DNA from: a virus
Lineage: Duplodnaviria > Heunggongvirae > Uroviricota > Caudoviricetes
Length of the DNA: 24,154 nucleotides
Virus record (IMG/VR): IMGVR_UViG_648276670_000008
Coordinates: 1-24,154 of that record
Reading direction: 5' to 3' (one strand)
The position numbers and the translations under genes were made by a program. Position 1 is the stretch's first letter. Each line of letters begins with the position of its first letter. Positions 1-7,273 of the stretch are shown piece by piece. Below the pieces are notes generated by a model, which did no database searches, had not been told where the DNA came from, and saw only the letters and a list, made by a program, of their open reading frames with translations.

Positions 1-1158
1 ATGCTCACCGTTAAACAGATTGAAGCAGCAAAGCCGAAAGAAAAACCATACCGCCTACTCGATGGTAATGGCCTGTACCTTTATGTCCCTGTATCCGGAA
101 AAAAGGTCTGGCAGCTTCGCTACAAGATTGACGGTAAGGAGAAAATCCTGACCGTAGGAAAATATCCGCTAATGACTTTGCAGGAGGCAAGAGATAAAGC
201 ATGGACCGCGAGGAAAGACATCTCGGTTGGCATCGATCCGGTAAAAGCGAAAAAGGCTTCGTCTAACAACAATTCCTTTAGTGCGATTTACAAGGAATGG
301 TACGAGCACAAGAAGCAAGTCTGGTCAGTAGGCTATGCAAATGAACTTGCAAAAATGTTTGATGACGACATTTTACCTATCATCGGCGGCCTTGAAATTC
401 AGGATATTGAGCCGATGCAACTACTGGAAGTAATCCGCAGATTTGAAGATCGCGGGGCAATGGAGCGAGCCAACAAAGCCCGCAGAAGATGCGGCGAGGT
501 TTTCCGTTACGCTATTGTCACTGGTAGGGCTAAATATAACCCGGCACCTGACCTTGCAGACGCCATGAAAGGATACCGCAAGAAGAACTTCCCGTTTCTT
601 CCTGCAGACCAGATCCCGGCATTCAACAAAGAGCTGGCAACATTTTCAGGAAGTATCGTATCGCTCATTGCCACCAAGGTTTTACGCTATACAGCCCTAA
701 GAACGAAAGAGCTTCGTTCCATGCAATGGAAGAACGTCGATTTTGAAAACAGGATTATCACCATCGACGCCAGTGTGATGAAGGGACGCAAAATTCATGT
801 GGTCCCGATGTCAGACCAGGTGGTTGAACTTCTCACTACGCTAAGCTCTATCACCAAACCAGTATCAGAGTTTGTTTTTGCCGGGCGCAACGATAAGAAA
901 AAGCCAATCTGCGAGAACGCGGTGCTACTTGTGATCAAACAAATCGGCTATGAAGGTCTGGAAAGCGGTCACGGATTCAGGCATGAATTCAGCACGATTA
1001 TGAACGAGCACGAATGGCCCGCCGACGCCATTGAAGTGCAACTGGCACATGCTAACGGCGGTTCTGTGCGCGGGATTTACAACCATGCTCAGTATCTCGA
1101 TAAGCGCAGAGAAATGATGCAGTGGTGGGCGGACTGGCTTGATGAAAAGGTGAAGTGA
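1..1158 (+). CDS. int: Tyrosine integrase, P4-like family (site-specific recombinase)
   Basis: 385-aa ORF starting with ATG at nt 1. The N-terminus (MLTVKQIEAAKPKEKPYRLLDGNGLYLYV...WQLRYKIDGKEK) has the arm-domain pattern of P4-type integrases. The C-terminus has an H-x-x-R box (GHGFRHEF) and a likely tyrosine nucleophile in VRGIYNHAQYLDKR. The N-terminus looks complete although the gene begins at the window edge. Confidence 0.9.
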   Translation: MLTVKQIEAAKPKEKPYRLLDGNGLYLYVPVSGKKVWQLRYKIDGKEKILTVGKYPLMTLQEARDKAWTARKDISVGIDPVKAKKASSNNNSFSAIYKEWYEHKKQVWSVGYANELAKMFDDDILPIIGGLEIQDIEPMQLLEVIRRFEDRGAMERANKARRRCGEVFRYAIVTGRAKYNPAPDLADAMKGYRKKNFPFLPADQIPAFNKELATFSGSIVSLIATKVLRYTALRTKELRSMQWKNVDFENRIITIDASVMKGRKIHVVPMSDQVVELLTTLSSITKPVSEFVFAGRNDKKKPICENAVLLVIKQIGYEGLESGHGFRHEFSTIMNEHEWPADAIEVQLAHANGGSVRGIYNHAQYLDKRREMMQWWADWLDEKVK

Positions 1159-1395
1159 TCTACCTTAATAACTATCGAATAGCATAAATCCTTGCAATCC
1201 AGTACAAATCTTCTTGTGTCTGAATTTTAGACATTACTCATGCAAGTTATCGATCGCTAAGGATTTTGGTGATAGACTCCACATCGTTATAAAGGCTTGT
1301 TGTGCAGATTGGCTATCAACTACCACAATGATACTTGGTGTGCATCATACTAACATTGTTACTGATTATCACTTAAAATTAATTGGCATAAGGTA

Positions 1396-2463
1396 ATGAA
1401 CAGAAATAATTCATTCGATATTGCAAGACATATTGCTGCGCTAGCTGTTATTTTCAGCCATCACTTTGCATTCAATGGCATTCCTGAACCAAAAGTTTTA
1501 GGAATAACAAAACTTGGAACCTTTGCTGTTTTAGTTTTTTTCTCTATATCTGGGTATCTAATTGCAGGAAGCTATCTAAATAGCAGTTCTTTACAATCAT
1601 ACTATACAAAGCGTATAAAAAGAATCTTTCCAGCACTAATAGTATGCTCATTTGTCATGATATATATCATATGCCCTATTTTCGGTACAGGAAATGGCAT
1701 AGACTACATCTTATCAGAGAATGCATTTATTGCATTTTTAGACTACTCAACTCTTGGTTGGCATCCAAGCGACATAAATGGATTTGCCAGTAACTATATT
1801 CATAAGAATATGTTAAATGGAAGTTTATGGACTCTTGGATTTGAGTTTACAGCCTATGTGTTATTATCAATAATTTTATTTAGAAAGAAAAATATCATAG
1901 CATCAACATTTTTTGCTATTTGCTTTTTTATTGTTATCCAGTTATCCATTTTGAATGGCATAAAAATACCTCACACAGGTGATCTTAATAGGCTATCTCT
2001 TCTATGCACTACGTTTTTATGTGGTTCTTTGTTATATATTACAAGAAGTTATTGGTCCACAACAAGTGCAAAAATCACTCTAATAGTATTAGCTTTATCA
2101 TGTGCATTATTTATAAGTGAAAAAAATGAATATGATCTAATGTTTTATATTTCTGTTCCATTCTTTATAGTTCCATTATGCACATTGTTTACAGACAAAA
2201 TAATCAACGGCAAGTTTGATATATCTTATGGGATGTATATTTATGCTTATCCGATTCAGCAAATAATTGTAAACAAAGCTAACCTAGGATTTTATGGTTC
2301 ACTGTTTACGTCTTTATTATTAATAATTATTTTAGCTTGCGCATCGTGGTTACTTATTGAAAAGAGATTTTTGGTAAAAAGTAAAAGAAAGCAAAGGAAA
2401 TGTCGCATGTATGTTAAGCACTCTCTTATCTGCACATTGTATATATTGGTGAGCATTATATAA
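1396..2463 (+). CDS. Acyltransferase family 3 integral membrane protein, putative O-antigen O-acetyltransferase (Oac/OafA-like)
   Basis: 355-aa, very hydrophobic multi-TM ORF with ATG start. It carries AT3-type motifs (VLVFFSISGYLIAGSY and RIKRIFPAL) and a size close to phage Oac. The coding sequence is very AT-rich. Confidence 0.8.
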   Translation: MNRNNSFDIARHIAALAVIFSHHFAFNGIPEPKVLGITKLGTFAVLVFFSISGYLIAGSYLNSSSLQSYYTKRIKRIFPALIVCSFVMIYIICPIFGTGNGIDYILSENAFIAFLDYSTLGWHPSDINGFASNYIHKNMLNGSLWTLGFEFTAYVLLSIILFRKKNIIASTFFAICFFIVIQLSILNGIKIPHTGDLNRLSLLCTTFLCGSLLYITRSYWSTTSAKITLIVLALSCALFISEKNEYDLMFYISVPFFIVPLCTLFTDKIINGKFDISYGMYIYAYPIQQIIVNKANLGFYGSLFTSLLLIIILACASWLLIEKRFLVKSKRKQRKCRMYVKHSLICTLYILVSII

Positions 2464-2633
2464 TGTATTATTGTTGCAGCCTGATACATTATAAAGCAGA
2501 CATTTATGCTTGATGTTTTTTAGGTGTTGGTTTTCATAATTCACAACCACACACGTATAACAAACATTAAGACATATCGTCCAAAAGATAGTTTATGTTA
2601 CAATTTTAAAGAATAAACTTAAGATAATTGCAT

Positions 2634-2948
2634 ATGTTCAAAATTTTTTTAAAAGGAACCAGCGTACCAAAAGAAATTCTGTCCTTTCACAGGAGAAGTC
2701 ATGAAAGCGTACTTCCAAAGAGAGTAGAATTTACAAGAGCTGTTCTTATAACAGAAAAATATGGCGAGATCCATGTTAGACCAATTTATGGAATATTAAA
2801 AGCAAACAGTATTTACATTGATGAAATTGGCGGATGTATAGTAAAAGGCGGTATTAATGGTACAATTATTCACAACCTGCCAATATTTAACTTACCATCA
2901 ATAACAATAATGTTATTAATTGTAGCTTTGGCGTTAAATTATGTTTAA
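2634..2948 (+). CDS. Hypothetical protein (weak call) in AT-rich spacer
   Basis: The ORF-track start at 2628 is TTG; the first ATG is at 2634, giving 104 aa. There is no convincing Shine-Dalgarno. The stop overlaps the wzx-like start by 8 nt. No recognisable family. Confidence 0.2.
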   Translation: MFKIFLKGTSVPKEILSFHRRSHESVLPKRVEFTRAVLITEKYGEIHVRPIYGILKANSIYIDEIGGCIVKGGINGTIIHNLPIFNLPSITIMLLIVALALNYV

Positions 2949-4176
2949 TAAATTTGCTGTCCTCAGAAATTTTGCATCGCTAGGGTTAATGCAGGTCATT
3001 AACTATGTGCTTCCTATTGTTATAATACCGTTCCTGGTTAATAAAATAGGAATTTATAATGTAGGCTTAATTGCAACATTCACCGCCATAGCGGCATATA
3101 TGCAGCTAGTTATAGATTATGGCTTCAATCTTTCTGCAACAAGAAATATATCAAAGGACGGATATGATGATTATCATGCATCGATAATAAGCAGTTCTGT
3201 TTTTGTCATAAAGGTGACAATGTCATTAGCATTAATTGCATTATCATTTTTCATTATGAAATTGGCGTCAAACTCAGAAGAACATATAATAACATTTATG
3301 TTTACAGTTGGCATTGTTGTTTTTCAGTCTTTATTTCCAGTTTGGCATTTTCAAGCCGCAGAAAGAATGCACTACATAACAATGTGTAATGGTGTACCAA
3401 AATTGATATCAGCCTGCATGATTTTTTACTTTGTAAGCTCTCCAGGTGATACATGGAAGGTGCAGGCATGCTTTATGTTAGGAGCCGCAGCATCTTTTAT
3501 TTTATCTTTGTTTATTTTGAAATCTAAATTTAATTTTAGGTTATTGATATCATTCACTGAATGCAAAAATCAGATTATTGATGGGTATGCTATTTTTTTA
3601 GCACGATTGGCGTCAGGGCTATACAAAAATTTCAATGTGCTTATTCTCGGAGCATTTGCTGGAACTGCGGCAGTAGGAACTTATTCTATCGCAGAAAGAA
3701 TAATAAGAAGCGCTCAAATGGTTCAGAATGTAGTTGGTGATACTCTTTACCCTTTATTCTCTAAAGAATTTACTGGCAATAAATTATTTTTCAAACACGC
3801 AGCAGATAAATACAAGTGGCATATAATAATATTTTACACTCTTGCATCACTAGCTATTTTCTACCTCTCTGGAATAATTGGGAAAATAATGGGTGGGGCA
3901 TCAGCAGATAATGTATCCTCTTGCCTTAAAATAATGTCAATCGCCTTTCTTTTTGGCGGGATGAACTACGTTTTAGCTATACTTGGATTAACATCTTGTG
4001 GGTATGCCAAACAATTTTCATTGTGCGTAATATCGGCAGGTTTGTTTAATGTTCTATGTGCTACTTTTTTATCTTTTTTCTTTTCTTATTATGGAACTTC
4101 AGTAGCTCTTGTTTTAAGCGAGTTTTTTCTCCTTTGCTTTGTTATTTTTTATTCTAAAAGGACTGGTATACTATGA
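2941..4176 (+). CDS. wzx: Wzx-like polysaccharide/O-unit flippase (polysaccharide biosynthesis protein, MOP/PST superfamily)
   Basis: 411-aa multi-TM protein. The N-terminal region (LMQVINYVLPIVIIPFLVNKIGIYNVG) resembles the conserved Wzx/PST N-terminus. Very AT-rich. Its stop overlaps the downstream GT2 start (ATGA at 4173-4176). Confidence 0.75.
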   Translation: MFNKFAVLRNFASLGLMQVINYVLPIVIIPFLVNKIGIYNVGLIATFTAIAAYMQLVIDYGFNLSATRNISKDGYDDYHASIISSSVFVIKVTMSLALIALSFFIMKLASNSEEHIITFMFTVGIVVFQSLFPVWHFQAAERMHYITMCNGVPKLISACMIFYFVSSPGDTWKVQACFMLGAAASFILSLFILKSKFNFRLLISFTECKNQIIDGYAIFLARLASGLYKNFNVLILGAFAGTAAVGTYSIAERIIRSAQMVQNVVGDTLYPLFSKEFTGNKLFFKHAADKYKWHIIIFYTLASLAIFYLSGIIGKIMGGASADNVSSCLKIMSIAFLFGGMNYVLAILGLTSCGYAKQFSLCVISAGLFNVLCATFLSFFFSYYGTSVALVLSEFFLLCFVIFYSKRTGIL

Positions 4177-5066
4177 CTCCATTTACTACTGTCTTGGTTA
4201 CATATGCTGATAGAGGCCACCTGTTAAAACAAGTTGTATCATCAGTAGTATCATCCGGGTGTGATAATATAATTATTATAGATAATGGGAGTCATGAGAG
4301 TAGCAAGAAAATAATAAACTCGATGCCTGTTAATTATAGTGACATAAAATTCACTATTCATAAAAATGAAAAAAATGAAGGCTCCGCGATTGCATTCGGC
4401 ATTGGGATGGATCTGGCATCAAGTAATGAAAACAAAAATGAAATAGTGTTATTTCTGGATGATGACAATCTACCTAAAGATGGAGCAATTCAAGATGCCA
4501 TCAAATTCTCATTGTCAGATAATGAGAATAAAAATGTTTACTTTTTGCTCCGTGAAGACAGGCCGCACTATATTGAATTTGTAAGAACAAAAAACCAAGA
4601 TGTTCTCCTTGGAGAAAAAAACTCTTTTATGTCATTCACTTTGAAAAAATACTTAAAAAGCATAGTAAATAAGCTTAACAAAACAGAAATACAAGAAAAG
4701 TATGATTCATTCAGCGATAGTTGCATTCAAATCCCTTGCGGTCCATACGGAGGAATGTTAACAAAAAAATCAATCTTATCCAATGGGATAAGACCATTCA
4801 AAGATATGGTGTTATATTTTGACGATACAAAATATACTTATGATCTATCATTATCTGGAGTAAAGCTATTTCTTTTGACAAAATGTTTCATTAATGATAT
4901 TGATGATTCATGGTCAGCGGTTAAAACAAAAAAACATCCTCACCACTCTTTGAGGCTGGTGAGTTTAAAATATCACATACAATTAGAAATAGGGTGTTTT
5001 TTGAACTTTACGCGACAACAAACAATGTGCCAATATATGTTGTTAATATATTTTTCTTCATGTTAA
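4173..5066 (+). CDS. Glycosyltransferase family 2, WbbL-like (soluble, cytoplasmic-face type)
   Basis: 297-aa ORF. N-terminal GT-A pattern (TTVLVTYADRGHLLKQVVSSV...IIIIDNGS), a DxD-like LFLDDDN motif, and a C-terminal region resembling WbbL-type rhamnosyltransferases (GGMLTKKSILSNGIRPF...VLYFDDTKYTYDLSLSGVKLF). No C-terminal TM anchor of the GtrB type is evident. Translationally coupled to wzx. Confidence 0.7.
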   Translation: MTPFTTVLVTYADRGHLLKQVVSSVVSSGCDNIIIIDNGSHESSKKIINSMPVNYSDIKFTIHKNEKNEGSAIAFGIGMDLASSNENKNEIVLFLDDDNLPKDGAIQDAIKFSLSDNENKNVYFLLREDRPHYIEFVRTKNQDVLLGEKNSFMSFTLKKYLKSIVNKLNKTEIQEKYDSFSDSCIQIPCGPYGGMLTKKSILSNGIRPFKDMVLYFDDTKYTYDLSLSGVKLFLLTKCFINDIDDSWSAVKTKKHPHHSLRLVSLKYHIQLEIGCFLNFTRQQTMCQYMLLIYFSSC

Positions 5067-5149
5067 TTTTGTTTGTAAAAGCTTTGACATCTAATAACAT
5101 GAGAACATTTTTGAAAATATCAAAATATATCATTGATGGTGTTAGGTTT

Positions 5150-5178
5150 TATAAAGAAAAGGCCCACTAAGTGGGCTT
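5150..5178. terminator. Bidirectional intrinsic terminator between convergent GT2 and tailspike genes
   Basis: GC-rich inverted repeat GGCCCAC-TAA-GTGGGC(T) at 5161-5177, flanked by an A-run upstream and TTTATCT downstream on the plus strand. On the minus strand the stem is followed by TTTTCTTTAT, so it fits best as the tailspike terminator. Confidence 0.5.
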
Positions 5179-5188
5179 TATCTGAATA

Positions 5189-7093
5189 TTAAAACTCTGG
5201 AGCATACGTTCCTGAGACAAAAATAGTGGCACCCAGTGATTTAATAAAATCAGGTTTCACCAGAAGGCCACGCAAAGATACGGCAACCCATTTGCTGGTT
5301 TGAACGTTTGCTGCCTGTACCAAAGTTTTTGTAGTTGAGGGAGCATACACACCAACAGTTGCCTGCGGGTCTTCTAACGTTGTAGTGGTGTAATAAGATG
5401 CTATTGGTATTCTGGTTGTATGACCATGAGTTAATGTGACATTCCCATTTCCGGTTGGTTCTGCATTGACAATTGATGATACCCAAGATGGTGGTATTGT
5501 AGGGGGTCTCCCATACCTAATCTCCCCAGTATCTACATTAACTATAATTTCTAGATCTGCGTAGATTGACACTCGTAAGTTGTAGTCTTTCCCTACGTTG
5601 AACCTGTCAGCAATTGCGTAAAGTCCGGTAGTAAGAGATGATCTATCCATGTCCGCAGTGAAGTCAAACCAACACGCTGCGTTATCAGAAACTGTAAATA
5701 AAAGAGAGTTATCATCTTCAGCCACAGCAACCTTACAAAAATTAGAAGGACGAATGACGCCAGTATCGTTATTAATATTTAAAATTTGCCATGATGAGCT
5801 CGAAGATGCATAACGCGCGGCAGCTGCGCAGTGTTTTGCTCGTAACCAAGGAGCGATGCCATTTGCCGTATACTGCATAAAGTCATTGACTGTCTTTGTC
5901 TTTGTTCCTCCAGCTTCCACTGACCAGAGTCCTCGGGCAGCGCCAGCCCCCATTGTGTTATAACCTTTTTGGGTATAATGCACACCTTCTGTACCAACGT
6001 TTCCATCGCGATTCAAAAAAGATGGGCAGCCATCAAAAGCTGTAACAGCAATATCTCTACCATTGACAACGTAACGCTGTGCGTTTTGAATAGTTTGCCA
6101 AGAATATTCTGGTCTATTTTTAGGGCACCCTACCGTACAGTTCGCGAATCTTGCCATAGGTATATCTGAAGATAGATCATCTATAAGTTTCACGAAAAGT
6201 CCGCGATAAGTATCAAATGATGTGCCATTTAGTTGATCTGTTTCCCCTTGGTGGAAAAGAACGTATACTTTACCTACAGGAAGCTCCTGAGTATTCATTC
6301 TTGCAAGTGTGTTATTAACAGACGACACCAAAAGCTCATAATAACCATCACCAACTGGTGATTTAGATAATTGAGAAATTGATGTTGCTCCACGTCCACA
6401 ATGTACAACTACAGCTCCCCTTCCGCTTAAACGATACCATTCATTGGCAAACTCCCCCCAGGCATGCCCTGAGGATGCAACTCCCGATGAACTAACCATA
6501 TTCTGAATTATTGGCTTTATAGTTCCATCCCTGAAATCGTACATTAACGATTTTGGAAGAGGGTCAGGAAAGCCAGATGTATCACCTGATAAAATAGCCT
6601 CGCCTGCACTATTTGACTGCCCATACGTAACAAATATATCGTATACATCTGGTGACTCAAGATATTCTGTCGCAATAACATTACTTGCTATTTTTGATGC
6701 TGTTACTCCAGATATTATTGCTGAACTATTATTTTCTGATAGCCTTCTTTCTAATTGATCTGGATCATACTTCAATACATTTGGAAAATAGAACTGCTGC
6801 GAACCATACGCATCATAAACAGCCATAGAATGTCCTTGCACGGTAACGAACTTGGCAATCTGTCCGTTATATACCGGATATCCAGCAGCGTTAATGGTGA
6901 TTGGTTGAGAAACAGGAACGTGAGAACCGTCCTCGCTCTCCATATAAACCTGAATCTGGTTTTCAGGATTTACAGGATCAGTGTCAATCTGACCGATATA
7001 AATTTTACCATTGGCATTAGCTTTAAATGAACGAGATAAAGTAAATAATTGACTTGGTTGCGATACAACGATATTTGGCGTGATATCTGGCAT
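5189..7093 (-). CDS. 9: Tailspike protein: P22 gp9-type head-binding domain fused to a SASA/SGNH-type esterase-like receptor domain
   Basis: 634-aa ORF with ATG and GGAG Shine-Dalgarno. The first ~115 aa closely match the P22 tailspike N-terminal head-binding domain as I remember it (…[24 protein letters not shown]…TVQGHSMA…NVLKYDPDQ). The remainder is unrelated to the P22 beta-helix and carries esterase-like motifs GQSN (158-161), QGETD (282-286) and a His in GVHYTQ (372). Confidence 0.9.
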   Translation of the reverse strand: MPDITPNIVVSQPSQLFTLSRSFKANANGKIYIGQIDTDPVNPENQIQVYMESEDGSHVPVSQPITINAAGYPVYNGQIAKFVTVQGHSMAVYDAYGSQQFYFPNVLKYDPDQLERRLSENNSSAIISGVTASKIASNVIATEYLESPDVYDIFVTYGQSNSAGEAILSGDTSGFPDPLPKSLMYDFRDGTIKPIIQNMVSSSGVASSGHAWGEFANEWYRLSGRGAVVVHCGRGATSISQLSKSPVGDGYYELLVSSVNNTLARMNTQELPVGKVYVLFHQGETDQLNGTSFDTYRGLFVKLIDDLSSDIPMARFANCTVGCPKNRPEYSWQTIQNAQRYVVNGRDIAVTAFDGCPSFLNRDGNVGTEGVHYTQKGYNTMGAGAARGLWSVEAGGTKTKTVNDFMQYTANGIAPWLRAKHCAAAARYASSSSSWQILNINNDTGVIRPSNFCKVAVAEDDNSLLFTVSDNAACWFDFTADMDRSSLTTGLYAIADRFNVGKDYNLRVSIYADLEIIVNVDTGEIRYGRPPTIPPSWVSSIVNAEPTGNGNVTLTHGHTTRIPIASYYTTTTLEDPQATVGVYAPSTTKTLVQAANVQTSKWVAVSLRGLLVKPDFIKSLGATIFVSGTYAPEF

Positions 7094-7195
7094 TGATTTG
7101 CTCCTGGCATAGAAAAGCTGTGTAAGATATAACTTTCACAGACTTGCATTAAATTCGGTTAAAATTAGTTAATTACTCTGGGTGGAGGGTTGGCT

Positions 7196-7273
7196 ATGCA
7201 AAGAGATATGCTGAATATTGCGTTCTACATATTTGGTTTTTGCACGTTCCTGGTGTTTGCGAAGCTATTCTGA
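7196..7273 (+). CDS. Candidate small hydrophobic peptide (25 aa), speculative
   Basis: ATG at 7196 preceded by a strong GGAGG Shine-Dalgarno (7184-7188, 7-nt spacer). It encodes MQRDMLNIAFYIFGFCTFLVFAKLF, a single predicted TM helix. Below the ORF-track size cutoff. Convergent with gene 16 and overlaps its 3' end by 9 nt. Confidence 0.25.
   Translation: MQRDMLNIAFYIFGFCTFLVFAKLF

Noticed and set aside
1159-1395. Search for a tRNA-like attP core in the int-proximal spacer
   Set aside because: A TCGAAT hexamer is present at about 1176, but without the flanking GGT…CC T-arm context or acceptor-stem complement, so no tRNA 3' end can be claimed.
1214-1396. 60-aa plus-strand ORF in the int - acyltransferase spacer
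   Set aside because: No ribosome-binding site and no recognisable family; the spacer more likely holds promoter or att sequence.
2292-2550. Two minus-strand ORFs (65 and 66 aa) at the 3' end of the acyltransferase gene
   Set aside because: Antisense to the AT3 gene and spacer in AT-rich DNA; no Shine-Dalgarno, no family resemblance.
5099-5170. 23-codon plus-strand ORF (MRTFLKISKYIIDGVRFYKEKAH) after the GT2 gene
   Set aside because: No Shine-Dalgarno, and it runs through the terminator hairpin; most likely non-coding.
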